Shown: piece by piece, positions 19,101 through 28,293 of the stretch
How the letters are laid out: every line of letters begins with the position of its first letter
Position numbering within the stretch: the stretch's first letter is position 1
IMG/VR virus record: IMGVR_UViG_3300014204_000006
Span: 1-64,000 of that record
Length of the DNA stretch: 64,000 nt
Source: a virus
Taxonomy: Duplodnaviria > Caudoviricetes
Reading direction: 5' to 3' (one strand)
Made by a program: the position numbers and the translations under genes
The notes under the pieces: model-generated
The model's database searches: none
Seen by the model: only the letters and a program-made list of their open reading frames with translations
What the model was told of the DNA's origin: nothing

Positions 19101-21987
19101 TGAGGTTATTTTCTCTCATAGCATTGGCGATATCATCTTTGTTGTATTTTAAAGGAGGAAGACCCTTCTCTCCATTAGTTTCTATATAGTCCTTAACAAA
19201 TTGTTGGTTGTTGAATGCATATTTCCCCGTCTCTCTTCGGTGTTCAGAAGCTACAAAGCCTAGATCAACTATTTCTTTTTGACCTGTCTTTTGCTTTGTG
19301 GCCGGATCAACCACCCATTTCACTCCAAAGACCTGAAGAGCGTTTTCAGGGTGTAGGTCTATAGCATGTGTACCATCAGCGATGTCTTTAGGATTTATTA
19401 ACTTATTTCTCATGCTGAACAAAGGAGCCATATCGCTTCTATCCACAACTATCAAGTTTGGAGAAGAATTTGCTTTATCTGCCAAGAAACTTGCTACCTT
19501 AGGGTTATTCTTATCTAATCCGAATCCGGTTATTGTCACCGTTCCATCTGGATATTTTCCTGATGCAGGGTTAGTATCATTATTAAATGAGTTTTCCATG
19601 AATGAATCATCTATAGCATCTACAGCTTTTTTAGCTACAGGAGGGTTCAAATATGAGTCTTGTGCGTTGGCTCTTGATGTGAGAGCATCTTTAGAAAAAG
19701 ATAAAAGATCATCCACATCCGCCTTATTCCTCATTTCTCCTACTAAACCACCTTTATAGAGTTGTCTGGATGCGGCCACGATACGCTTAACCTCAGTTAA
19801 GGCAGTTTGAAGATCCATGTTATCTTCAGCAAACATCGTTTTATCCCCAGCATATTCATTTCTTGTCTGATAGTCTTTTCCAAATTCCTTAGATATAGTG
19901 GCATCCTGAGCTTTACCGGCTTTATAAGCATCTTTTCTGGCTGATAGTGAAAATTTATTTAAAAAAGATAATTTGGTAGGCTTTAAACTATCAATTTTTG
20001 ATTCTATCCCAGAAGCAAATTGTTTAAAACTTGATAAAGACTTTGAAACCGTTTCTGGAGCTAAGTCTTTTCCAAAAAATAATCTATTAAATACATTCTC
20101 TATCGCCTTATCCTTAACTTTTTGTATGTATTCTTGATTATGAGCAGTAGATGGGACTTTTTGCCCTGGTTTTAATTCTGGGAGATATTCAGGGGCATAA
20201 TGGCTTAATGAAGCATATGAGAGGTTATCTACAGCATTATTAAAATCTACAGTGATAGGATTCTTATACTTATTTCCTCCCAAAGCTTCTATGTTGTTAT
20301 ATCCAGGTTTTTTATAGGTTCCATGAGCATGCATAGCCCCAAAGACCAAACCGTTGACTATGGCATCTGTAGGATCATCAGGATTGGCCAAAAATGAAAG
20401 GGTAGTAGGGACCATGACTGAATATGCAGTACCTTTTATAGTAGGTGAAGCCACTCCGGTTACGGCTCCATAGAGAGAATCTTTTATAATATTTGAAATA
20501 ACACTGTCTTGCTCAGAAATAAGTTGTTTTCCAGATATAATATCAGGATTAAATTTGTTAGCTATAAATTGTTGACCTTGACCAAAAACTGCGCTTGTCC
20601 CTGCAAAAGTACCTAATTGTTTTACAAAATCAGGATTATTTATTGCCCTAGTCAAATAATTAGGAGTAGTATTAACTGTTTTGAACACTGTTTCTATTGT
20701 TTTTGTATTTTCTGCGACATTGACTCCGTCAGCGATACTCTTTAAGGCGTTAGCTTTGTTAGCTATGCTTGTAGCCCCTCCTGTGGCCTCTCCAGTAGCC
20801 TCTACGGCCTTCGCAGCCTCAGCGATGGTAAACGCCTTTCTAGTCGCTAAAACAGCAGATGCGCCTCTATATGCCTTAAACGGCAATAAAAGGGCTTTTG
20901 TAGCCAAAGACCACGGTACTAATGTTCCTATAGCCAACCCGGTTATTCCAGATGCTTTAGCAAAAATAGATTCATCTGAATCAATTTCATATGGGACAAA
21001 CCCTGCTGTACCTCCAGATACTAATCCCTTGCCGAATTCCCGTATAGGGTCAGGTAGAAATCCTTTGCCCCAATTTTTTGCTGCTTCAGGTATTCCTCCA
21101 ATGACATCTTTTGCTGTAACTGGTTTTGCATCATACCAATGAGCCAGTTTTTCTCTAGCTATCTCTATACCGGTTTTCCCGCCTTCTGAGTCTGAAATTA
21201 GACCTACAGTGTTTGGTTTTGGAATGTCACTAATGTCAGCGTTCTTCCATTCCATTGCCATTATTCTGGCTTTATCTAAAGTAATATCACCATGGGCGTA
21301 TAAAGTATATGCTATGGCTTGAGCCTTTGTTTTTCTAAAGTTTTCTTCCGGGTTAAGAAGTTGTCTATTTTCAGCCGTATCTGCTCCTCCCAATGATAAA
21401 GGCATAATATGGTCGATAGTGCCCATAAATCCTGGGATGTTCCCCCTGATAGCATCATCGTTGTCCCTATTAGTACCTCGAGTAGTCTTTACTAAAAGAG
21501 ATTTATTATTAGCATCTTCCACATATTGCCCAACCTGTCCGTCAAAAGACATGTTCCTTATTTGCGGCTTTGAGGGAGTCCCCCACGATAATTTCTCTCC
21601 GTTTTCAGTAAAAGAAGCTGGTGTCGCAAACTGGCTATAATCTGATGGGATAGGGATAGGTTCTTTTAAATTATCCGTAACTGGCATAAATTGATCTCCT
21701 GATATCCTATCTCCAGCAGACTTATTAAAGTCTTTTCCATATTTAGCCATTAGTAGGCTTCTCGTTGCTTCATATTCTGGAGATCCCGGAGATGCATTTT
21801 GCGGTATAGATATTTCTGGATTCATTGCAGTGTAATCAACTCTTGGGGAAAAACTGAGGGAGTTTCTTTTCGCAGCAATAGCAGCATTTTGTTCTCTAAT
21901 TTTGGCTATTTGGGAACTTAAACGAGGAGGAAGAATACTCCTTTTTATCATGCTTTGGTATGAATCATTTTGTGATATATTAGCCAA
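16108..21987 (-). CDS. Large internal virion/ejection-type protein with N-proximal HNH-like and C-terminal 3D (MltA-like) domains
   Basis: 1959 aa; DHIMPLSLGGADTAENRQLL...N..K; GTNYDP...GTVIWV...IADT...KIDLA. Confidence 0.7.
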   Translation of the reverse strand: MANISQNDSYQSMIKRSILPPRLSSQIAKIREQNAAIAAKRNSLSFSPRVDYTAMNPEISIPQNASPGSPEYEATRSLLMAKYGKDFNKSAGDRISGDQFMPVTDNLKEPIPIPSDYSQFATPASFTENGEKLSWGTPSKPQIRNMSFDGQVGQYVEDANNKSLLVKTTRGTNRDNDDAIRGNIPGFMGTIDHIMPLSLGGADTAENRQLLNPEENFRKTKAQAIAYTLYAHGDITLDKARIMAMEWKNADISDIPKPNTVGLISDSEGGKTGIEIAREKLAHWYDAKPVTAKDVIGGIPEAAKNWGKGFLPDPIREFGKGLVSGGTAGFVPYEIDSDESIFAKASGITGLAIGTLVPWSLATKALLLPFKAYRGASAVLATRKAFTIAEAAKAVEATGEATGGATSIANKANALKSIADGVNVAENTKTIETVFKTVNTTPNYLTRAINNPDFVKQLGTFAGTSAVFGQGQQFIANKFNPDIISGKQLISEQDSVISNIIKDSLYGAVTGVASPTIKGTAYSVMVPTTLSFLANPDDPTDAIVNGLVFGAMHAHGTYKKPGYNNIEALGGNKYKNPITVDFNNAVDNLSYASLSHYAPEYLPELKPGQKVPSTAHNQEYIQKVKDKAIENVFNRLFFGKDLAPETVSKSLSSFKQFASGIESKIDSLKPTKLSFLNKFSLSARKDAYKAGKAQDATISKEFGKDYQTRNEYAGDKTMFAEDNMDLQTALTEVKRIVAASRQLYKGGLVGEMRNKADVDDLLSFSKDALTSRANAQDSYLNPPVAKKAVDAIDDSFMENSFNNDTNPASGKYPDGTVTITGFGLDKNNPKVASFLADKANSSPNLIVVDRSDMAPLFSMRNKLINPKDIADGTHAIDLHPENALQVFGVKWVVDPATKQKTGQKEIVDLGFVASEHRRETGKYAFNNQQFVKDYIETNGEKGLPPLKYNKDDIANAMRENNLKVLVMNIDPMSTPSTTNKKSFLVGNLKDKNWIYSKQLGDRLAMLPDENHLSMSISGLETARNAGQKSAAIAEINKKIVKPASSRIPISDTTSLTANRVTVPQEATRGILISMEQALEAPNPGEVKKAFKENFDILLEDTSAQEIFDKRNNMTMREGVKTLVDAVNSENVSVATKLKLDFMKTYIESGILQSNALGKATIDLPIKGKMKNIQYTGQEDVINNNNTRDTVQDRVDNSLIPSNNSNIENTQPTVILTVPENKLVDNIVSAAKEELPANDKNGPVTSRKMTPEEMTQYGTTSTKSREGSSANEMVTRAKKIIEETNPQGGGKYTPIDPDTGVFKAGRGAEMVAESMISKIKQIEPANVTTDEAIKIKKEIEPHLLSDVAYRLRDIFDMPIEDAQSLVNTLNKENIITKKKTTTAEVKQDSPKLNFVEKNPLTKTSDYDVLKNRRFKSGDELITWAKKGLENSEPGSYSHSFSHTLNSWLSDNFGKNYAKDDTVRELLGRAFGTEGVAKKLFKNYFETSNTKQDLQGFDQSKDVINALATGNKGSKLSAELKRMRALQEAKYMEGKVTESDLTNSGIGKGELDANRIRISKNPVEEDMIKNLSKADFQLLPGVTSIEMAGESNKGPGAVRKGVEDARNIMQFIVKAHNDSIKASKPFNGKVSKLNQTKLFLNPKFYKGSFSNLSPDQVKEVNKKTDEFFNDIYKKYMDRLNVQEGKKTEFMAAKSDVIKLKQQWKTLTKALEDPEERSNWQTPEIIQSNVENVMKNLRRALKIIDETTKHPSAPDGTGGPGYPDGRGGWLSDLGGYVNKAVSTVGNSIGDMWSNLNTPAKAVFYGNGNQDTQPAAPVEQSAPTTPKTYSSFTGTNYDPYHTAQNRPDSKKEDIGKGASGIFIDDSMAATSLKKDGITGNLRMGTVIWVPELKKKFLIADTMNKRFNGQNKIDLATPHTGSEIIPAYNKNFDIVVLREGKGAEDARNLVNSGEWDNIKRMSVD

Positions 21988-22001
21988 TTTTTTATATTAA
22001 A

Positions 22002-24767
22002 TTAATAATATGCTTCAATAATCTTACCAATATTTTGAGCTATTTGTTCGTCTGAAAAAGGATTATTGGTGTCATATGGATTATCGTTATTCCAATTTTC
22101 GGTAGACGATGTGGGGTAAATAAATCCATTGGCAGCATTTGGATATTGCCCATTATTTGATGCAAAAACATATGCTGCATAAATTGCCTTAGATATAGAT
22201 TCATCAATAGTATTTCCCAATGCATTGGATACATTTTTTACAAATGTCTCTTCAGATGGAGTTTTTCTAGCACCTATCCCGAAAAACCCTGTTCCAGGTG
22301 AAAGTAGTTTGATTTGTTCAGTAAGTTTAGGAATTGATTTAGCAGATAATAATTGGGAAGATACTGCATTACCCAAATATCCTCTGGCTTGTATAGCAGC
22401 CTTTCTAGCTGCATCTGCAGAAATGTTATCTCCTGCCTCCGTGAATGCAGAAGCTAAATTTGTTAACTGCTGTATTCCTTCCTTCGCCATGCTTACTTTT
22501 TTAGCGTCAGTAACACCGTTCCCTGTAGATGTCCCATTATCATTTGGCTGATTTATATAATTTTGTACTCCCTTTATATATGAGAGCATGACTCCGGTAG
22601 GCGTTATATCTTTATTTCCAGGGTCATTCGCTATTGTAGTTATTTCTTGCACTAAATCAGTCCCGGGTATTGCGACATTGTCCTTGTCCACTATAACTCC
22701 TTTCAGTTTAGCATTTTGATCTATATAGCTAGTTTGATCAGCCAATGTTAGGGGGTCTGCTGCAGCTTCTTTCAAAGCCTTATCCCGTTGAAGAGTCAAT
22801 ATATCAAGTTGCATTTGTTCTGCTGGAGCAGCCTTTAATTCATTGTACATGCTCTCAAATGATGCCAACTGAAGTTTATATTCTTCTGTCGTAATGGCAT
22901 TTTGGCTAGTAAGTAATGCGGTAGCTGCAGTTATATCTGAATTATAGTCATCAACTTTAGCCTTAAGAGCATTTGTATGTTGTTCTACCGCATCGTTCAA
23001 ATAACCAATGTATGATTGATTCTGACGTCCACGAAGGGTATAGAGATAGTTTAATTGAGCGTTAGCCTTGGCAGCATTGGCTGGATTAGACATATCTGAT
23101 TCCGTCATCGATTTGTCTATAAATTTATCTATTTCCTTATCTGTTTGCTCAATATATGTATCTCTTCCTTTTATATAGTTTGTGATATCTTTAGGGAGAG
23201 TGACTCCTTCAGCTGTCATCCTATCCACTTCCTTTCTTTCGGCATCAATGTCATATTTATCCCAAATTGATTTTTGATTTTTAGTTGTAAGTTCCGACAA
23301 CGTTCCTCCTAATGTCTTTTTTGCTTCATTCAAAGCAAATGTTGCTGATCCCATATTAGAGTCGACTGCTGATTGAGCGTCACTTAAAATAGGGTTATGA
23401 TCTCTTATAAAGTTTCCTTCAGCTAGTCCAGTAGGGGTTTCTGACGGGACATAATACCCTGAAATTGTAGATGGGGCTACATTAGATCTCCTGTCTACTT
23501 TTCCATCTTTATTCCAATTACTTTCTACAAGGTTTAATGTCCCATCAGAATTGACGGATTCCACTACAGCCACGTGGCCATAGGATTCGTCAGTTTTTAT
23601 AACAGCTACCGCACCTGGGGTTGGAACACTGGAATTAACATTACTCATTTTTTGTTCGTAAGAGTCCCCAAATGTCCTTGTCCCTAAATAATCGTTTACA
23701 AAAGAGCCACATTCACCTCCAGTTTGCCCATTAGTAACATTTAGAGATACTGCTTTATTTGACAAAGGAGTATTTGTTATAGAGCTGTTAGGGTTTACTT
23801 TATTATTAGAAAGACTAGCTCCCATGTTTGTGGTGGCAGATTCTGTAATATTATCTCTCGTAGACTGTGGATTAGCGTTGGCAGAAGTATCAGTGGTCTT
23901 AGCCGGTGTCCATATATTATTTGAAGAACTGGATGGAACAGTAGATGGATTCCAAACAAGCCCATTGGTCTTATTTTTACCTCCTGTATTTAATGTATTA
24001 GACTGCTGCCCACTTGCATTAAATGGCATAACATAGTTGTTATTATTTCCTGAACTTAATCCTGTGGAACTAGGTTGACCAGTAACCTCATTATAAACAT
24101 TTTTAGCTCCAGTAGCTATAGCAGATCCTACGTCTTTTATACCATTCCAGGATTGATTATATCCATTGCCTATGGCTCCTGTGACAGCACTAGCCGCGTT
24201 GCCTATTCCAGAGAACATATTACTATATGCGTTCCCTACAGCTCCTACAGCATTAGAAACTCCAGAAGAAATTCCATTCCAAACATCACTAAAAAATCCT
24301 CCTCTTCCATCGTTATACCCCGGTCCGCCCATCCCTCCAGGTTGAATATTTGGGTAGCTATTGGAAATATTATTAAAACTAGGTTGTTGAGGGACTCTGC
24401 TAAAAGATGACATGCCATTTAAATATTGACTCTGAGTTTTTTGTGGAATAGCAGGAACACTTCCATAAGTTATTCTAGCCTGAGGTATTTTGTGAAAAAT
24501 AACCATTCCTTTAGAATTATATTCAGGTTCTTGAGGTTGTGGTGTGCTAAAAGATTGCTCCTGCATAGAGTAGTCACCGGGGCCTCCCATGCCTTCATTA
24601 TGAGCATGAAGCTTGTTCATTATGCTAAAAATCTTCTTCGCTTTTGTACGAGAAGTGCTTCCTATAGGAGAATTTAACGCTTCTCTAATAAGAGAAGCTG
24701 TTTCAGGATGTTTCATCATGCTTTTAAGCATGTCTCCCCTGCTAGATTTAAACGAAAATTCACTCAT
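22002..24767 (-). CDS. Internal virion protein with CHAP peptidoglycan hydrolase domain
   Basis: GECGSFV ... PTPGAVAV ... YGHVAVVESV ... ESNW. Confidence 0.78.
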   Translation of the reverse strand: MSEFSFKSSRGDMLKSMMKHPETASLIREALNSPIGSTSRTKAKKIFSIMNKLHAHNEGMGGPGDYSMQEQSFSTPQPQEPEYNSKGMVIFHKIPQARITYGSVPAIPQKTQSQYLNGMSSFSRVPQQPSFNNISNSYPNIQPGGMGGPGYNDGRGGFFSDVWNGISSGVSNAVGAVGNAYSNMFSGIGNAASAVTGAIGNGYNQSWNGIKDVGSAIATGAKNVYNEVTGQPSSTGLSSGNNNNYVMPFNASGQQSNTLNTGGKNKTNGLVWNPSTVPSSSSNNIWTPAKTTDTSANANPQSTRDNITESATTNMGASLSNNKVNPNSSITNTPLSNKAVSLNVTNGQTGGECGSFVNDYLGTRTFGDSYEQKMSNVNSSVPTPGAVAVIKTDESYGHVAVVESVNSDGTLNLVESNWNKDGKVDRRSNVAPSTISGYYVPSETPTGLAEGNFIRDHNPILSDAQSAVDSNMGSATFALNEAKKTLGGTLSELTTKNQKSIWDKYDIDAERKEVDRMTAEGVTLPKDITNYIKGRDTYIEQTDKEIDKFIDKSMTESDMSNPANAAKANAQLNYLYTLRGRQNQSYIGYLNDAVEQHTNALKAKVDDYNSDITAATALLTSQNAITTEEYKLQLASFESMYNELKAAPAEQMQLDILTLQRDKALKEAAADPLTLADQTSYIDQNAKLKGVIVDKDNVAIPGTDLVQEITTIANDPGNKDITPTGVMLSYIKGVQNYINQPNDNGTSTGNGVTDAKKVSMAKEGIQQLTNLASAFTEAGDNISADAARKAAIQARGYLGNAVSSQLLSAKSIPKLTEQIKLLSPGTGFFGIGARKTPSEETFVKNVSNALGNTIDESISKAIYAAYVFASNNGQYPNAANGFIYPTSSTENWNNDNPYDTNNPFSDEQIAQNIGKIIEAYY

Positions 24768-24790
24768 AATGTTTATACTAATATATTGGT

Positions 24791-24806
24791 ATTATACTAA
24801 AGTGCT
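24791..24806 (-). promoter_or_regulatory. Putative late promoter
   Basis: AGCACT-TTAG-TATAAT. Confidence 0.6.
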
Positions 24807-25231
24807 TTTATATATGGAGTAGGATTTATGTATTTGGAATAGGCGTTAACTATGCGATAATCTAAATTTGATGGATCACCTCCTGTTGGAGAATATGTTG
24901 CTCCAGACTTACCCAAAGTTGCCACTGACTGGCCTTTTGAGATTTTTTGTCCTGGTTTTGCTAATATAGATTGCAAATGATGGAATTGATGGGTGTTCCC
25001 TGATGCATCTTTCAATTCTAGCGTATTTCCATAGTTATTTTCTCCCTGAGAGTGTCCAGAATCTTCTTTTACAATAACTCCATCTACTGGAGAATGAATA
25101 GGAGTCCCCTCCGAATTGGCTATATCTACTCCTGGATGAAAATTTTCTTGTTCTGTTTTCCCTCCGAAAGGAACAGTTAAATTACCTAAGCTTAGGTTTT
25201 TGAATCTTTGTTGTGGATTTGGTCCTCTCAT
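24797..25231 (-). CDS. M23 family peptidase-like protein
   Basis: HPGVDIA (HxxxD), GTPIHSPVDG, YGN, FHHL; second HxH replaced by NLD. Confidence 0.8.
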   Translation of the reverse strand: MRGPNPQQRFKNLSLGNLTVPFGGKTEQENFHPGVDIANSEGTPIHSPVDGVIVKEDSGHSQGENNYGNTLELKDASGNTHQFHHLQSILAKPGQKISKGQSVATLGKSGATYSPTGGDPSNLDYRIVNAYSKYINPTPYIKAL

Positions 25232-25242
25232 TATTTTTTATA

Positions 25243-26547
25243 TTAGCTTATTCCAGGAAGCAGTTTTCCTGTATCCACTACTGGTTCAACTGGAGTCAAT
25301 GACTCCACCGGGACAGTTTTATCTGTAGTCGTGGGAGTCACTATTTTATTAAACTGAGTTCCTGCTGAGGTAGCTGAATCTGCCCCCGTGGTAGGTTTTA
25401 TTGACCCCAAAGCTACTCCTTCGTTATAACTCTCTAATAAATTAGCAAGTGGAGTATTCAAATCTTTATATTGAGATTTTGCTTGTTCTATATCTAAAAA
25501 TCCAGTATCGGATGGGTTTACTGTCTGAGCTATAACGTTACCATTTTCGTCCTTTACCGCTGTTCCTAGTGTCCCCATATTTGCTCCTAGATTGCTTCCA
25601 GTCATATATTTCTGATATAAAGAACTCCTATAGTTACCATTTGCATCCAAGACAGATGAAATACTCCTTTGGATATCTTCGTCAGACATATTAGGGTATT
25701 TAGCCTTAAGATTAGCAACGGTTAAAGAATTCCTAATCTCATCAGACGGTAATAATCCCCATGCTTTAGCCTTTTCTGGATCTGACGCAATCAATGCTTT
25801 GATTTGATCAGGAGTAGCAAATTTTGTATAATAATCTTGTTGACCAGCCTCTTCTTTTGTATTTGCCTCATCTCTAGCCACTGAATCAGATCTACGTATG
25901 CTAGCTAAATAATCATCCATTGATTCATTTTGTATGCCACTGTTTGTTATATTATTTTGCCCTGCCTGGCTTTTTATTGTTTGCATCTGATTCCACGCCT
26001 GATAAGCATCATTAGAAAGATTAATCCCTAGCGTCTTTTCTATGCCGCTCTTTAGTGTTTTCCAATTATAATCAGCTGCTGCTTTTTCTTGATCTGTACT
26101 AGCGTTAACCTGTTGTTGAAGTATGTCAAAATAAGCTGTACTGAGTTTATCTGAGGCTGCTTGGTATTCAGGCGTCCCCGGTATAAGTTGAGGAGTAGTA
26201 ATATTAAAGGCTTCATCTGGTAGGTTAGACACTGCTAAATCTTGAACCGTAGATGAATTAGTCTTTCCAGCGTCTATCCACTTAGAATTAAGTTTTTTAA
26301 CCTCACTAGAAGATAATTCTCCTCCAAAATCTTGGCTAAGAATGTATTGTTGAGCTTCTGAAGATAACTTATTCATTGCTTTTTGAGCATCCCCAGATAT
26401 ATTTTTTCCTGTGTCCCCTATTGCAGAATATCCAGACTTTGCGGCTCCTCCACCCCCTGAAGAAGAACCAGCAGAAGACCCGGGATATTCGCTTTTAGGT
26501 CTGCCAGTTTCTCTAGCCCATTTTTCTCTTGCTGATTCTTTAGCCAT
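25243..26547 (-). CDS. Putative internal virion protein
   Basis: 434 aa, Gly/Ser-rich N-terminus, position downstream of tail genes. Confidence 0.6.
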   Translation of the reverse strand: MAKESAREKWARETGRPKSEYPGSSAGSSSGGGGAAKSGYSAIGDTGKNISGDAQKAMNKLSSEAQQYILSQDFGGELSSSEVKKLNSKWIDAGKTNSSTVQDLAVSNLPDEAFNITTPQLIPGTPEYQAASDKLSTAYFDILQQQVNASTDQEKAAADYNWKTLKSGIEKTLGINLSNDAYQAWNQMQTIKSQAGQNNITNSGIQNESMDDYLASIRRSDSVARDEANTKEEAGQQDYYTKFATPDQIKALIASDPEKAKAWGLLPSDEIRNSLTVANLKAKYPNMSDEDIQRSISSVLDANGNYRSSLYQKYMTGSNLGANMGTLGTAVKDENGNVIAQTVNPSDTGFLDIEQAKSQYKDLNTPLANLLESYNEGVALGSIKPTTGADSATSAGTQFNKIVTPTTTDKTVPVESLTPVEPVVDTGKLLPGIS

Positions 26548-26549
26548 AC

Positions 26550-27155
26550 TTATTCTTTAGATTCTTTAAAACAATGACCTATATCTAAATATATATCTTT
26601 TAATGTATATTTGCCATAGGCCATAGATGAAATATAAAATGCCATTAGTTTGCTGTCTTCCTTTAAATTATCAATAAACTTAGGTGGAATTCCTGTTTTA
26701 TCTTCATTAACTTTTAGTAAGGAAAGAAATTTGTCTAATGCTTCAGTAGCCATAGATTCTGCTTTTTCATCAATGGGCTTTCCAAATCTACTTTTCAATT
26801 GATGGGTGCTAAAGTGAATCGGCTTTGTAGTCCCATTGTCCTTTATAGCATATTCAGGTCCAAGAAGGCTGAAGTCAGCTAAGACACCCTCAGTTATTTC
26901 CCCATCCTTATCAATTATGGGCTGATGAATAGTTACTACACGGCTCAATGCCTCTTTTAAGTCATCCCCGAAAGCAGCATCAAGGGCCATGTGAGATTCA
27001 AAAGGCCTGATTGTATGATCCTTTTTATTAGCTAACCAATAAGTCCCGGGACCGAATCCTTCTTCCCCAGTTGAAAATTTTATTAAAGCTTCATCTCCCA
27101 TGAAATATGGGGTTCCGTCTTGAATTGGGTATGAATTTGAGTGTATATTTTCCAT
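26550..27155 (-). CDS. Hypothetical protein
   Basis: 201-aa ORF with own promoter motif. Confidence 0.7.
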   Translation of the reverse strand: MENIHSNSYPIQDGTPYFMGDEALIKFSTGEEGFGPGTYWLANKKDHTIRPFESHMALDAAFGDDLKEALSRVVTIHQPIIDKDGEITEGVLADFSLLGPEYAIKDNGTTKPIHFSTHQLKSRFGKPIDEKAESMATEALDKFLSLLKVNEDKTGIPPKFIDNLKEDSKLMAFYISSMAYGKYTLKDIYLDIGHCFKESKE

Positions 27156-27162
27156 ATTTTTT

Positions 27163-27178
27163 AGTATAACATCGTCCT
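27163..27178 (-). promoter_or_regulatory. Putative late promoter (leaderless)
   Basis: AGGACG-ATGT-TATACT, 7 nt before ATG. Confidence 0.55.
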
Positions 27179-27191
27179 ATTTAAATAATTA

Positions 27192-27770
27192 TTATGGTGA
27201 AGGAGAAACTGAAGGAGAAACTGAAGGTGATTTCGATGGGGACTTAGAAACTGAAGGAGAAACTGAAGGTGATTTCGATGGGGACTTAGAAACTGAAGGA
27301 GAAACTGAAGGTGATTTCGATGGGGATATTGAAGGTGATTTCGATGGAGAAACTGAGGGTGATTTTGATGGGGATATTGAAGGAGATTTGGATGAAGAAG
27401 GAGATATAGAAGATGAAGTAGAAGGAGATTTAGACGTAGAAGGTGAAAGAGAAGGAGAAATAGATGGTGATAAAGACGGAGAAAAGGATGGTGACGCTGA
27501 AATGTATGTTTGATGATACATTGTTATCCCTTCGTCTACAGAAACTCCTTCATGTAGTGTTCTATCTAACCCGACAAAAACTATTTCAGAACTATAAATT
27601 AATTGAGAACCTTGATATATATTTAAAAGTCCTTCTGATACCTCAGAATCAAAGGATAATTTATATGTGTTTCCAGAAACTATGCCTAGGTTTGATTGGT
27701 AAAAACAAGGCATACAAGCCATTAGGTTGCTTTCTGAAACGGTTATCTGATCAAAAACTAAAATATCCAT
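27192..27770 (-). CDS. Tail-associated protein with beta-sandwich fragment and C-terminal Ser-Pro repeat tract
   Basis: YQSNLGIVSGNTYKLSFD; ~100-aa (SPSx)n tail. Confidence 0.75.
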   Translation of the reverse strand: MDILVFDQITVSESNLMACMPCFYQSNLGIVSGNTYKLSFDSEVSEGLLNIYQGSQLIYSSEIVFVGLDRTLHEGVSVDEGITMYHQTYISASPSFSPSLSPSISPSLSPSTSKSPSTSSSISPSSSKSPSISPSKSPSVSPSKSPSISPSKSPSVSPSVSKSPSKSPSVSPSVSKSPSKSPSVSPSVSPSP

Positions 27771-27774
27771 AAAA

Positions 27775-28290
27775 TTATTCGGTAATATCCATTGTGTTAC
27801 CAGAGAATATTATTGAGGTTTGAATTAATCTACATAGTTGTTTGGATGAATCCCTCCACGATATTCTTATTTCCCTAGCCAGAGGGGGGCTCGGTATATT
27901 ACTTTTATCTATTGAATGTATTTTTAATGTGGAAACACCTTTTGAAACAGTCCCCTGAAGCTCATAATAATCACCGTCATCTAAGGCGACAAAACATTTC
28001 ATTGAATTCCCTCTTTGAGTCCTATTCACTATTGCTAATGGAGTTGAGAAAACTTCAAAACTTTGATTAAGCTGCAATTGCTGTGAGTCTGCTCTGAAAA
28101 ATATCGGGTCACCCTCATCTGTGGTCCCTGAAAGGAACTCTTTGACTGAAAAATTAGGCCCTGTTTCATCAGTTATTACCTCTTTTAAACTTATATTGTC
28201 CACAGATATATTCGCTGAATTACCATCAGATTTAAATAGGAGTAAATCTCCTGAGCTATCTGCTATAAATTTTAAGTCTATTGTAGCCAT
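27775..28290 (-). CDS. Probable C-terminal part of tail nozzle/stabilisation protein
   Basis: In frame with upstream gene across TAA-AAT; starts with ...SVDNISLKEV. Confidence 0.6.
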   Translation of the reverse strand: MATIDLKFIADSSGDLLLFKSDGNSANISVDNISLKEVITDETGPNFSVKEFLSGTTDEGDPIFFRADSQQLQLNQSFEVFSTPLAIVNRTQRGNSMKCFVALDDGDYYELQGTVSKGVSTLKIHSIDKSNIPSPPLAREIRISWRDSSKQLCRLIQTSIIFSGNTMDITE

Positions 28291-28293
28291 ATT

